A DNA stretch of 64,000 nucleotides, taken from assembly GCA_965243525.1 (NCBI GenBank), contig OZ251568.1, positions 258,236-322,235 of the forward strand, given 5' to 3'. Both the position numbers and the translations under genes were made by a program. Source of the stretch: Spirochaetia bacterium. GTDB taxonomy: Bacteria > Spirochaetota > Spirochaetia > WTKD01. Shown one piece after another: positions 10,481-20,697 of this stretch; position 1 is the first letter of the stretch; each line of letters begins with the position of its first letter. The notes beneath the pieces are model-generated. The model was not told the origin of the DNA and searched no databases. It saw nothing but the letters and a program-made list of their open reading frames with translations.

Positions 10481-11484
10481 ACTAGTTTAAACTGAGAAAA
10501 TCCCATGCATTCGCTTTCAAGAGAAATAAGTTTCTTTAACTCAGGATCAAGACTCATGAGACTGAGCGTTGCTCCCTTCATCTCAAGCGATGTAAAATAA
10601 TTTCCCACAAAGGAAACATATACAGATAGTCCCTGTGCCGAAAGGAGTTCTTCTATTTTTTGATACAGAATATAGAGTTCCATCACCGGTGTTGCACCAA
10701 GCCCTGAAAGCAATACTGCTACTTCTTGTCCAGATTCAATCGGTCTGTCGGCGAGTACGCATTCGAGCATCTGTGTTGCAATGGTGTTGGCATCTTGCAG
10801 GGATTCCACTCTGATTCCCGGCTCTCCATGATGACCTATGCCAAATTCCATGCTTCCTTCTTCGATAGAAAAATTCGGATGCCCTATTTCAGGAATGCTG
10901 CATGGCGCAAGACCGACTCCCACACTTCTTGTGAAATCGATTGCTTTTTGAGCAGTCGCAATAACCGCATCAAGATCCGCACCCTCTGCAGCTCTTGCTC
11001 CGGCGACCTTCCACATGAATATCTCTCCTGCAACACCACGCCGCTTTTCACGTTCTTCCCTTGGTGCTGAAGGAACATCATCGTTGGCAACCACCGATGC
11101 AATCTTGATCCCCTGTGCAGCCGCCATTTTTGAAGCGATCTTCACATTCATAGTATCACCAGCATAATTTCCATAAAGACAGGCGACACCACGCCCTGCA
11201 TCGGCAGCCTTGAAGGCATCAAGAAAGGATTGAGCAGTAGGTGAAGAGAATATCTCTCCAACTGCAACTGCATCGACCATGTTGCGTCCAATATAGCCTA
11301 TGAAAGCAGGCTTATGCCCAGATCCACCGCCGGTAACGATACCCACTTTGTTTTGTACAGGAGCTTTTCGGTATCGGAGCACTCGTGGATTCTCAGTAGC
11401 AACCACAAGCCTTCGATGTGCCTTCAGAAATCCCCTAAGCATATCATCTACTACTTGCCCTGGGTTATTTACGAAGCACTGCAT
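10477..11484 (-). CDS. dhaK: DhaK-like kinase subunit (copy 2)
   Basis: 335 aa with GGGSGHKPAFIGYIG. It is the paralog of 1373-2380. Confidence 0.85.
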   Translation of the reverse strand: MQCFVNNPGQVVDDMLRGFLKAHRRLVVATENPRVLRYRKAPVQNKVGIVTGGGSGHKPAFIGYIGRNMVDAVAVGEIFSSPTAQSFLDAFKAADAGRGVACLYGNYAGDTMNVKIASKMAAAQGIKIASVVANDDVPSAPREEREKRRGVAGEIFMWKVAGARAAEGADLDAVIATAQKAIDFTRSVGVGLAPCSIPEIGHPNFSIEEGSMEFGIGHHGEPGIRVESLQDANTIATQMLECVLADRPIESGQEVAVLLSGLGATPVMELYILYQKIEELLSAQGLSVYVSFVGNYFTSLEMKGATLSLMSLDPELKKLISLESECMGFSQFKLV

Positions 11485-11514
11485 GTTTGTCGTATGGTAT
11501 ATCGTATTTGTGTA

Positions 11515-11526
11515 TATGTCAACGTA
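11515..11526 (-). promoter_or_regulatory. Candidate promoter/regulatory motif TACGTTGACATA upstream of dhaK copy 2
   Basis: Reverse-strand TTGACA, then a 17-nt spacer, then TACCAT, 9 nt before the ATG. The 12-mer is identical to the one upstream of dhaK copy 1. Confidence 0.4.
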
Positions 11527-11610
11527 CTATTTGTTACCATATTGTAAGAATTCATCGACACAGCATTCCCTGTTTCACTACCGCGGCTCTCGATGCGCAT
11601 CTTTACGTAG

Positions 11611-12504
11611 TTGTGTTATTTTCTGTATTTTCCTACACTGGCGTATCAAATGAATAACCGATTCAAACATTTCTGCCCGGTGATATTTTTGTGCATCTTT
11701 TTCAGCACTTGTGTGAACCTCGAGTATTCACAGTATTCCGTGAAAGATTCGCCCTGGCAGCTCGTTTGGCAGGATGAGTTTTCGTATACTGGCCTGCCTG
11801 ACGAGGAAAAATGGAGTTATGATACGGGCGGACATGGTTGGGGAAACGGTGAATCGCAGTATTATACCTATGCAGATCCACAGAATGTCTGGGTAGAAAA
11901 TGGATTGCTCACCATAACGGCAAAGCACACCGATGATCAGCTTCCGCCTGATACTTGGGCGCTGCACAAGAATTACACCAGCACGCGCTTGACCACCAAA
12001 AACAAAGCCACTTGGACTTACGGCAGATTTGAAATTCGCGCGAAGGTTGCTCCTGGTAGGGGGCTCTGGTCTGCTGCCTGGTTGCTTTCACACGATAATC
12101 CCTATGGCGTTTGGCCAGGCAGTGGTGAGATAGACATCATGGAATATGTTGGATTCAATCCTGAATACACGCATAATGCCATCCATACGCGAGCATACAA
12201 TCATTTGAGAAACACCCAAATTGCCATAGAACATCATGTCGGGGATCCTGCAACGAGTTTCCACACCTATGCCCTAGAATGGCATCCTGATAGACTGCTG
12301 TTCTTCGTCGATGCTGTTCAAACGATGGAATTCAGAAATTCTTTTTCCCAGGATACCCGTGAATGGCCCTATGATCATCCTTTTTATCTCATCCTAAACC
12401 TAGCAGTGGGCGGCAGTTGGGGCGCCTTGCAAGGCATCGATGATGCTGCATTCCCCTCTTCGATGCAGGTTGACTTTGTTCGCGTGTTCGAGCTGCGCCA
12501 ATAG
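11611..12504 (+). CDS. GH16-family beta-glucanase (laminarinase-like), secreted
   Basis: Contains the GH16 catalytic motif EIDIMEY plus WPGSGEIDIMEYVG, and an N-terminal hydrophobic signal with Cys. The true start may be the internal Met at 11650. Confidence 0.8.
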   Translation: MCYFLYFPTLAYQMNNRFKHFCPVIFLCIFFSTCVNLEYSQYSVKDSPWQLVWQDEFSYTGLPDEEKWSYDTGGHGWGNGESQYYTYADPQNVWVENGLLTITAKHTDDQLPPDTWALHKNYTSTRLTTKNKATWTYGRFEIRAKVAPGRGLWSAAWLLSHDNPYGVWPGSGEIDIMEYVGFNPEYTHNAIHTRAYNHLRNTQIAIEHHVGDPATSFHTYALEWHPDRLLFFVDAVQTMEFRNSFSQDTREWPYDHPFYLILNLAVGGSWGALQGIDDAAFPSSMQVDFVRVFELRQ

Positions 12505-12614
12505 CATTACATCGGTTATTTCACGTCAACAAACATTGCATCCTTGCACACAGGCAATCCTGATATAGAGAGAAATGCTCACATAGCGCAGTTGCAGAAT
12601 AAGTGCAAGATACG

Positions 12615-14312
12615 TTAGTTAATCGCTTCCTGAAAAGAAAACAACAAAAAATCGGCATATTGTCTTCTGCCTGTTTGATCGTGACAGGCCATTCCCACAA
12701 AGGTACCGGTGAATCCCTCAGGCCAGGTCCCTTCGTCCGCCAAGAGGCTCATGTCGAGATCAAGCGGAATTGCACGCAAGGCCTCTCCTGCTTGTGCCCA
12801 CAAGAACCGCCCCTTGCTTCCCTGCACATCCAGTGCAAGCTTGCACGAACCACCGTCTAAAATGATCTCTTCCTTAAGCGGCAGCACAAGCTTACCCCCG
12901 ATAAATTGAACAATCCCAAGTCGCCGAGTTTGCGTTTTGTCATCATAACTGATACGCAAATAGTATTGATTTCTCTCATCATAGTGCACCAAAAGCCCCG
13001 CCATTTGCTGGAAGGAATCAGGATGGAAGTCCAATTCGACGATCACTTGGTAGTTTTCAAAGGGCACCGACACCGCAACATAGGTTTGTCTATGCACCGA
13101 TACCATCGATTCACGCCCAAAAAGTCTCAACTTCGATTCATCGGAACGCAACTGCATATCCGCTCCGGGATCACGCCGCAGAAATCGAAAATGGTGATGT
13201 ATTCCCGATGCCTGATCAAATCTATCAACAAAGGAAAAATTCTCACGAGGGCTGGGCACTCCTTCCCAAGAAAATGCAACGAGGGTTTCTGCAAGCGAAG
13301 ATATCTGATCTTGCTTGTTCAGCACATAAGGCCAATCGTCTGATCTCCACACAATGCGCTGTATCGAGGTTTCTCTTCCACGCGTGCAAGAAGTCGTATC
13401 TTTCAAAGGCCTCCCTGAAAGGTGAACAAGCGCCCATTCCGTATCCGTCAGTGGGCAGATTGAACCATGCCCGGCCCGTTGTGGTCGCATATAAAACCCT
13501 GCAGGCATCGCCGTCTTTTTTGTAGGATCAGAAAGGCCTTGCATGAGCAGGGGCAGATCTCGTTTTCGATCTTCAAAGCTATGCAAGAGAGGGTTCTCAG
13601 GATGTACTTCATAGGGACCATCGATCTTTTTGGACCGTGCGAGGGTAACTGCATGCTCGTAGCTCGTTCCCCCTTCGGCGGTCATCAGATAATACCATCC
13701 GTTGCGCTTGTATAGATGGGGTGCCTCAGTGCGATCAAGGCTCGTTCCCGTGAATATCTTTTTGATATCCCCAACAAGTTGCTTTTTGTCTCTGTCGTAT
13801 TCCTGGAGGAGAATGCCCGAAAAATAGGATGGATCACCGCGATAATCCCATTCCATGTTCACCAACCAAGAACGGCCATCATCATCGTGAAACAATGAGG
13901 GATCAAATCCGCTAGAATTGAGATAGACTGGATCAGACCAGGGTCCATCGATGCTCGCAGCGGTCACCACATAGTTGGGCGTATCCTTAAAGACACCGAA
14001 ATCAACAGGAGTTTCTCCCCGCCAAGACAAGACCACCGTATACACCAAATAGAACAGCGAGTCGCTTTCAGAATAGCTTAAACAGGGGGCCCAAATGCCG
14101 CCCGAACTCTGGACTCCTTCCAGACGCAGCAGACGTTCTTCATTCAGTGGTCGGGTGCGCAATGTCCAATCTTTGAGGTTGCGAGAGTGCCAGACCTGCA
14201 CTCCTGGATACCATTGGAATGTCGATGTTGCGATATAGAAAGAATCACCAACTCTGCAAATCGAAGGATCCGGATTGAATCCTGGGAGTATCGGATTGGT
14301 GATCTCGGTCAT
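12615..14312 (-). CDS. xynB: GH43 beta-xylosidase (XynB-like, GH43_11 with a C-terminal beta-sandwich domain)
   Basis: 565 aa. The N-terminus NPILPGFNPDPSICRVGDSFYIATSTFQWYPGV and later blocks closely resemble characterised XynB-type beta-xylosidases. Confidence 0.85.
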   Translation of the reverse strand: MTEITNPILPGFNPDPSICRVGDSFYIATSTFQWYPGVQVWHSRNLKDWTLRTRPLNEERLLRLEGVQSSGGIWAPCLSYSESDSLFYLVYTVVLSWRGETPVDFGVFKDTPNYVVTAASIDGPWSDPVYLNSSGFDPSLFHDDDGRSWLVNMEWDYRGDPSYFSGILLQEYDRDKKQLVGDIKKIFTGTSLDRTEAPHLYKRNGWYYLMTAEGGTSYEHAVTLARSKKIDGPYEVHPENPLLHSFEDRKRDLPLLMQGLSDPTKKTAMPAGFYMRPQRAGHGSICPLTDTEWALVHLSGRPLKDTTSCTRGRETSIQRIVWRSDDWPYVLNKQDQISSLAETLVAFSWEGVPSPRENFSFVDRFDQASGIHHHFRFLRRDPGADMQLRSDESKLRLFGRESMVSVHRQTYVAVSVPFENYQVIVELDFHPDSFQQMAGLLVHYDERNQYYLRISYDDKTQTRRLGIVQFIGGKLVLPLKEEIILDGGSCKLALDVQGSKGRFLWAQAGEALRAIPLDLDMSLLADEGTWPEGFTGTFVGMACHDQTGRRQYADFLLFSFQEAIN

Positions 14313-14322
14313 AGATGAATCG

Positions 14323-15198
14323 CTATTCTTTTATTGCTCCAAAATTAATACCACTTATCAACTGTCGAGAAAACAGTACAAAAGCAATCAACACGGGAAC
14401 AATAGACACCGCTACTCCGATGTACAGTGCTCCCAAATCCCGGTTATATGCTGTGGTATTCAACTGCTGAATGATCAAGGGAAGGGTATATTTTTTCTGA
14501 TCTTGCAAAAGTATGAGCGGAGTGACATAGCTGTTCCACTGCGCAAGAAATCCAAAAATAGACATCGTTGCAATACCCGGAAGGATGAGTGGAAAGGCAA
14601 TCCGGTGAAAAATGCCGATTTCGCTTGCACCGTCGATACGCGCTGCTTCAAGCATATTTGGGTGCAATGCCGAACTGATATAGCCCCTTAAGAAGAACAC
14701 CGTATACGGACTTGCAACCGCCGGAAGGATCAATGCCCAATGCGTATTGAACAGTTTCAACCCTAACATCAATTTGAATATACCAACAAGTGTTATTGTC
14801 GGAGGAAGCATGATCACCGAGAGCAAGATGCCAAAGAGTATACGTTTGCCCTTGAACTTGTACATACTAAATCCATAGGCGGTCAGCGCAGAAAAATATC
14901 CCGCAAGAATGGTTGCAACACCTGCAACGAAGAGTGAATTCCAAAATCCCTGCAGAACATTCAACCCACCAGAGCGGGTTCCACTGCTTGCATCCAAACG
15001 ACCAAGCGTCAATGTATTAAAGTTATCGACAGTACTCGTGCTTGGCAGAAAACTAGGCCCTCGGTTTATTTCTGCATTTGACCGGGTTGCGTTGACGAGC
15101 ATGAGATAGAAGGGAATTGCACAGAGCACCATCAACACGATCAGCACAATGTATATTCCCCCTCCTAGAAATATTTTCTTTTTTATATGGTCTTGCAT
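14323..15198 (-). CDS. Carbohydrate ABC transporter permease (MalG-like)
   Basis: 291 aa multi-TM protein with an EAARIDGAS loop. Confidence 0.8.
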   Translation of the reverse strand: MQDHIKKKIFLGGGIYIVLIVLMVLCAIPFYLMLVNATRSNAEINRGPSFLPSTSTVDNFNTLTLGRLDASSGTRSGGLNVLQGFWNSLFVAGVATILAGYFSALTAYGFSMYKFKGKRILFGILLSVIMLPPTITLVGIFKLMLGLKLFNTHWALILPAVASPYTVFFLRGYISSALHPNMLEAARIDGASEIGIFHRIAFPLILPGIATMSIFGFLAQWNSYVTPLILLQDQKKYTLPLIIQQLNTTAYNRDLGALYIGVAVSIVPVLIAFVLFSRQLISGINFGAIKE

Positions 15199-15232
15199 AG
15201 GTTGTCCTCTTTCATTCCACTAGCCCAATAGA

Positions 15233-16129
15233 TCATCCTTGACTCCGATACGATCGCATGAATTTCAAATAGAACACTGAAAACACCACCGTAAAGAAAA
15301 ACAAAATATACGAAACTGCAGATCCTGTTCCCAACTGATACCACCGAAACGCTCGGTTGTACATATAGACGACCGCAGTGGTGAGTGATTGTTCAGCACC
15401 GCCGGTCCCTTGGCTGAGTACCCAGGGAAAATCAAAGATATTCAACCCCCCTATGAAGGAAGTCACCGTAACATAGACCATCACCGGCGCAAGCAATGGG
15501 AGGGTAATATGGCGAAACATACGCCATGATCCACAACCATCGACCACCGCTGCTTCAAAAAAACTCTGCGGAATGGTCTGTATCCCTGCCATAAACAAGA
15601 TCATTGTGTATCCAAACCACATCCAAGTCTGCACAACCGACACAATCGTGCGACTCGCAACCGGGTTATTGAGCCAATACACATAGTTCTCGATTGCCTC
15701 GGGGGTGGTGCCAAAAATCAACTGGTTCAGAGATCCCCGTTGCCAATCAAGCACTGCATAGGCAAGAATCGCAATGGATGCCACGGTCACAAGATTCGGG
15801 AAAAAATAAACCGCTCGAAACACCCCTATCCCTTTTATGCCTATTCGCTTGTCCGTAAGAATCACCGCAAGAAACAAGGCAATCCCAAGTTGTGCAATGA
15901 TGTTGGGAATCCAAATAATAAACGTATTTGCTACTGATTTCCAAAATATTGGACGAGCGAGCTCATCTAGATAGTTTTGTATTCCCACGAAGGCTGTGGT
16001 CGGAAGGGTGAAATCTTCGTTCGTGAGACTAGTGATAAACGTGTTGATGACCGGATAGATCCAGAACATCAGAAAGGCAATAAAGAATGGCAAGATAAAC
16101 AAATATCCCCATCGTTCAAAAGATTTCAC
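15233..16129 (-). CDS. Carbohydrate ABC transporter permease (MalF-like)
   Basis: 298 aa multi-TM protein with EAAVVDGCGS. Confidence 0.8.
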   Translation of the reverse strand: MKSFERWGYLFILPFFIAFLMFWIYPVINTFITSLTNEDFTLPTTAFVGIQNYLDELARPIFWKSVANTFIIWIPNIIAQLGIALFLAVILTDKRIGIKGIGVFRAVYFFPNLVTVASIAILAYAVLDWQRGSLNQLIFGTTPEAIENYVYWLNNPVASRTIVSVVQTWMWFGYTMILFMAGIQTIPQSFFEAAVVDGCGSWRMFRHITLPLLAPVMVYVTVTSFIGGLNIFDFPWVLSQGTGGAEQSLTTAVVYMYNRAFRWYQLGTGSAVSYILFFFTVVFSVFYLKFMRSYRSQG

Positions 16130-16195
16130 GGTATACCCCTTTTCTTATAAAAGAATAGGGTGCGAATGATTCACACCCTATTGATGATTTAACCC

Positions 16196-17479
16196 TTATC
16201 GAGTGGTAAGACGAGGAAAAGCCTCTAATACACGATCGGTAAGTGTTTGTAATGCTGCGTCATAGCCAAGTTCCCCTTCCAGGTATTCATTCATAACCGG
16301 TGCGAGAATTTGGTTGACTTGATAATCGTATCCCTGAATTGCAGAGCCGTCGATGTCTTCAGCCTGACTAGCAAAATACTCAAAATGATTCTGGCCGGCA
16401 AGTGTTGGGCTTGAAAATCCCGGAGTTGCCTCTGCCATTACCTTTCTGTTTGCAAGAAAGTCTTCCGATTTACGCGTATAATACGCCATGTATTCTTCAT
16501 CTTGGGTGAGCATATTTATGAATGCCCAGGCTGCTGCCTTATTAGGTGAATCCTTGTAGATTCCGAGCCATGTTCCTCCCCAGAAGAATGGACCAGGTCC
16601 AGTAGTGACTGCCCAGTCTCCAGAAGAATTTGTCTGACCGCTGAGCACAAACTGCAATCCCCAAGTTGGCCATCCATAGACGAATACATTTGCATCTCCA
16701 GGCACGGTGTTCATTTCTTCAAAGAACGGTCCTGACCAATCGGCGAGTTTTGCGTCAAATTCAGAGTCACGAATTGTCTTTGCAATGCGAAAATAATCCT
16801 TTATCTGGTCGTCGATAAAAAACTCATCGTTTCTGTTTACCCATGGGTTTTCGCGGTTTGAATAGAAAATTCTGAATACCGTTTCTCCGATACCAGAAAA
16901 CATGGTGTATCCACTGTCTTGCAATCGCTGTGCAGTATCAAGAACCGTATCCCAATCTGCAAACAACTTGCCAATTTCAGCAGGATCATCGGTGCCAAAG
17001 ACATCTTTTGCAATGCTTCTGCGATAGAACCACCCACCAGGTGTGGTCTGCCAGGTCAAAGCAACAACTTCACCTGCCTCATTGGTTCCCATTGCTGCTG
17101 CATAATCGTACATGCCGGTTACATCAGCGTTATAAGGAGCCTGAGAAAGGGTTTCCCAATACCCTGCTTCTACGAATTGTCGAACATAGGCTGCTTCGCC
17201 AACAAAGATGTCAGGAACTTCTTGGTCGGTTGCCAACAATGGACGAATCTTTGCTTCGTAGTTTTCAATAGGGATGATCTGAAGATCCACTTCTATGCCA
17301 GTACGACTGGTGAAATCTTCTACAATGCCCTGCTCGTTGAACTCTCCCGTGAAGGTAAGAATAGATATCTTACTTCCCCTCAGAGATTCCATATCCATAG
17401 TTGCTTCGTCCTCGCCTCCTGCAAAAATCAGCATACTGCTGCAGATAAGACAAGTGAGAAAAAATAATACTTTGTTCAT
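16196..17479 (-). CDS. ABC transporter substrate-binding lipoprotein (oligosaccharide)
   Basis: Signal peptide plus Cys. The start is set at MNKV because an AAGGAGG RBS sits 5 nt upstream. It is adjacent to the two permeases and GH43. Confidence 0.75.
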   Translation of the reverse strand: MNKVLFFLTCLICSSMLIFAGGEDEATMDMESLRGSKISILTFTGEFNEQGIVEDFTSRTGIEVDLQIIPIENYEAKIRPLLATDQEVPDIFVGEAAYVRQFVEAGYWETLSQAPYNADVTGMYDYAAAMGTNEAGEVVALTWQTTPGGWFYRRSIAKDVFGTDDPAEIGKLFADWDTVLDTAQRLQDSGYTMFSGIGETVFRIFYSNRENPWVNRNDEFFIDDQIKDYFRIAKTIRDSEFDAKLADWSGPFFEEMNTVPGDANVFVYGWPTWGLQFVLSGQTNSSGDWAVTTGPGPFFWGGTWLGIYKDSPNKAAAWAFINMLTQDEEYMAYYTRKSEDFLANRKVMAEATPGFSSPTLAGQNHFEYFASQAEDIDGSAIQGYDYQVNQILAPVMNEYLEGELGYDAALQTLTDRVLEAFPRLTTR

Positions 17480-17789
17480 ATAGTCCTCCTTATGCGTGAA
17501 CATATCATTATGTATAGTATTTAGATCACTCTAGTATTGGTCGCATATTCTGTCAACCCGATCTTGCTCTGTGTTGATTTCTCTAAAAGAATAGGTGAAA
17601 CGTCGTATGATGACACGCATACATCGCGCTTGTTTCTTCTTCGATCAAGCCTAGCTAACAGGGTTTTTAATTCCCCAGCTTTAATAGATCCTTTAAAAAT
17701 TCTTAGACCCTTGCTATGGCGGTTGTATCGAGAGCTGCTACGTGGATCAATGCTGTTCTATCGAATGAACTTCGAATGAACTGTGGCCT

Positions 17790-18953
17790 TTAGAAATATC
17801 CTTGTGCAGTCAGTATATCAATAACCTGGGAGAAAAATTTTCCTGACAACGTATTAGATTGATTCAAAGTAAATGCGATGACCATGTTGTTCTCTGGGAA
17901 GACTGCAAGGAGTACCCCTCCCCAGGGACCGAGTTGAAACAGATACCGCGTGCCATTTGCAGTTTCTGCCCAAAAAACACCAAATCCTTTCTCAAATGAT
18001 GGGGAAGACATAAACAGCTTCTGTGTTTCACTGTCTTTAAAAACTCTCTCTTGAAGAATGGCATTTCCCAGGATGATCAAATCATTGGTTGTCGTCACGA
18101 ATCCTCCGTCTGCAAATTCAAAACTTGGATGCAATTTTGCAAGGTCTCTCTTGCTAAGATAGTGGTGTGTGGTCCGAAAATCGATGGGTAGTTCTTGATT
18201 GCTCTCATACGTATCCTTCATTCCAAGTGGTTCAAAAACTTCGCGCCGCACGACTGAATGATAAGGCTCCCCAGTAACACTCTCAATTGCCAATCCAAGA
18301 AGAAAATATCCTATTGAGCTATACGCCCACCGTTCATCAGGTTCTCCAACGGGACACAGTTTTCTTGCAAAGTCGATGAGTTCTTCTGGAGTTCGCACCC
18401 GCTGTGGTTGCAAAAGCACCCAAAATCGAAAACGCAACGAGTTATCAGTGTTGGGCAATCCACTTCGATGGGTGATAAGTTGGCGAAAGGTCAGCTCAGA
18501 TGAGTAATCTTTTCCCTCGACAACCAAGAGTTCAGACAAAATATCTTCGCTCACATAGGGAGCAATGGGTTCATCCAATGACAGCAGTCCCTGTTCGTGC
18601 AGAGCTAAAACGCTTATCGTCGTAAAAATTTTCCCGGTGCTTGCTGTGTGAAACGGAATCTCAGGATCAATCGGTTCATCGCTCTTCAACGAAATGTTAC
18701 CACGTGCACCGTGAAAAATAGTTTCTTGATCCTTGCTTACTTGGAGGACTATTCCCGGAATATTGTTTAATGCCGACCACTCATGCATCAACTGCTGAAG
18801 GGTTTCTGCCTTGTCAAAATGTCCAGATTCATAAAAAAAATCTCGATAGATAAAGAACAGTGCAAGAACAACTACTAGAATCAGGCCAACCCAGATCAGC
18901 CGTCTTGGTCTCCATAAGAAGGCGAGAATATTTCTTGCTTTTTCACGTATCAT
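17790..18953 (-). CDS. Beta-lactamase-family serine hydrolase (class C-like / PBP-related), membrane-anchored
   Basis: 387 aa with an N-terminal TM helix and the S-x-x-K motif ASTGKIFT. Confidence 0.65.
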   Translation of the reverse strand: MIREKARNILAFLWRPRRLIWVGLILVVVLALFFIYRDFFYESGHFDKAETLQQLMHEWSALNNIPGIVLQVSKDQETIFHGARGNISLKSDEPIDPEIPFHTASTGKIFTTISVLALHEQGLLSLDEPIAPYVSEDILSELLVVEGKDYSSELTFRQLITHRSGLPNTDNSLRFRFWVLLQPQRVRTPEELIDFARKLCPVGEPDERWAYSSIGYFLLGLAIESVTGEPYHSVVRREVFEPLGMKDTYESNQELPIDFRTTHHYLSKRDLAKLHPSFEFADGGFVTTTNDLIILGNAILQERVFKDSETQKLFMSSPSFEKGFGVFWAETANGTRYLFQLGPWGGVLLAVFPENNMVIAFTLNQSNTLSGKFFSQVIDILTAQGYF

Positions 18954-19076
18954 ATCAATCTACTACTTATTAAAATAGCATACAAGATTAGGCTGTTCAC
19001 ATACAAGTCTCTCTATAATTACAGCTTCAGATTTTGCATATCTATAATACGCGCCCTGGCCGGTGACTATACCATA

Positions 19077-20486
19077 TTGACGGTGCCTGCACTTCCCTAT
19101 CTGTTAACAGAACGGGCACTCCAGGATACAATGAACGCTATGCAGAGAAGCATTAGGCGCATTTCACCAAGAACGATAGCTATTCATGAAGGCAAGCAAA
19201 TCTGGTTGGGGATCAGCATTGCAGCTTCTGTGAAACCAGCGATGCTTGTTGGCTGGAGCCTCGCTGCTGCAGATCACGGACTCGTTGTTGATGGCAGCAA
19301 AATACGCAACTGGAAGCCAGAAGGCTGCATTGAATATGAAAACGATCTCTACGTGCGCGGCCCTTGGATCGAGGGAAGGAGGCTCAGCGAAGTATTTCTG
19401 CAAGATAAGAGTCCACCGGTTGCAAAACTAATCACCGCGCTAGGTTGCTTAAAAAACAACAATCAACTCCCCTCCTCCGTCCACTGGGATTGCGTAGAAT
19501 ACACCGAACAGGGGCAATTCTTCTTTTTTCCCGATTCTGCAGTTAACCACTGCATCCAATCCCAGAACAACACCGATCCAGATTCTTGGCAGGGACAAAC
19601 CGTATACGTCGGAAGCCCAGTCTTTTGTCTTGCGAGCATCCTCTACCGCCACTATACACAGGTCTATCCTTTTGCATTTCTCCGTGACATTCCCCAAAGC
19701 CATAACTATATTCGGAATGGGTATTGCCTTCCCCCACATCTCAGAGAACCACGTTTACGTGAGGCAGCATCCACGACCATCTCCAAGGGATTGCAAGAAG
19801 AAGCAAGCCTTGAAGATTTTTCCTTGTTTTGTGATGACGCTGCGATATTCCACAGCACCGAGGTCGATGCATCCGAACAGCCTCCCGCAACAACCCTAGA
19901 AGAAATACATCGTCATGAAAAAAAGCTGCGCGCACTGATCGCAAGGAAGGAATTTTTTCGAACACGGTGGCGAATACTTGCAATTCTGGGGGTTATTGGA
20001 GCACTTGTATTTGCTATTGGGCAAACCGTTGTACGTAATCTTCTCAAACCACCGCTAACTCAGGGGCTCTCTGCGGAGGCCATGATACAAGGATATTATG
20101 CAAGCATTAACACACTTGACCATGAATACCTTCGAGATGCGCTTGCAAAGGAACTCCCCGATACTCTCGTCTCTGAGCTCATCCAGTTGTCGGTAACAAC
20201 GAAGATACGAAGTGTTTATGAATCGCAATTTCAGTTTCTCAGCGCACAAGAATGGATCGATGCAGGAAAACCTGCCGTAGATGCGCTAACCCTTGTCTAT
20301 GGCGTTACAGATGTACAGATTCAAAAACTGAGCGCTAATCGTTTTCAAGTAGACTATGAATATTGGAGATCAACAGAAACCGGACTACCCGAAAACCTCA
20401 GAATCTCAGAACTGCTGGTGCTCGAACAAAGGGCCCAAGATCAGTGGATTATCATCGAACAAGAACGCAGCATGGATGCACAATAG
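19077..20486 (+). CDS. Hypothetical single-pass membrane protein
   Basis: 469 aa ORF with an apparent TTG start and one central TM segment (ILAILGVIGALVFAIG). A TATAAT box lies at 19043-19048. No recognisable domain. Confidence 0.5.
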   Translation: MTVPALPYLLTERALQDTMNAMQRSIRRISPRTIAIHEGKQIWLGISIAASVKPAMLVGWSLAAADHGLVVDGSKIRNWKPEGCIEYENDLYVRGPWIEGRRLSEVFLQDKSPPVAKLITALGCLKNNNQLPSSVHWDCVEYTEQGQFFFFPDSAVNHCIQSQNNTDPDSWQGQTVYVGSPVFCLASILYRHYTQVYPFAFLRDIPQSHNYIRNGYCLPPHLREPRLREAASTTISKGLQEEASLEDFSLFCDDAAIFHSTEVDASEQPPATTLEEIHRHEKKLRALIARKEFFRTRWRILAILGVIGALVFAIGQTVVRNLLKPPLTQGLSAEAMIQGYYASINTLDHEYLRDALAKELPDTLVSELIQLSVTTKIRSVYESQFQFLSAQEWIDAGKPAVDALTLVYGVTDVQIQKLSANRFQVDYEYWRSTETGLPENLRISELLVLEQRAQDQWIIIEQERSMDAQ

Positions 20487-20697
20487 GCAGCATCGCCTAA
20501 AAATCAAAGATATCTCAAAAATTCAGTAAATACCCTGGCTCAGAATTTGCAGTGGCCCGTCTATACAAAATGCATAAATTTAGCTAAATATTTCTCAAAA
20601 ACCTTGGTTTTATTGGAGGAATGACATATATTCTTTAGCGTTCCTATGTTGAACAATAAAATTGTTGCAATAAACAAGACATAAAAAGGAAATATTT

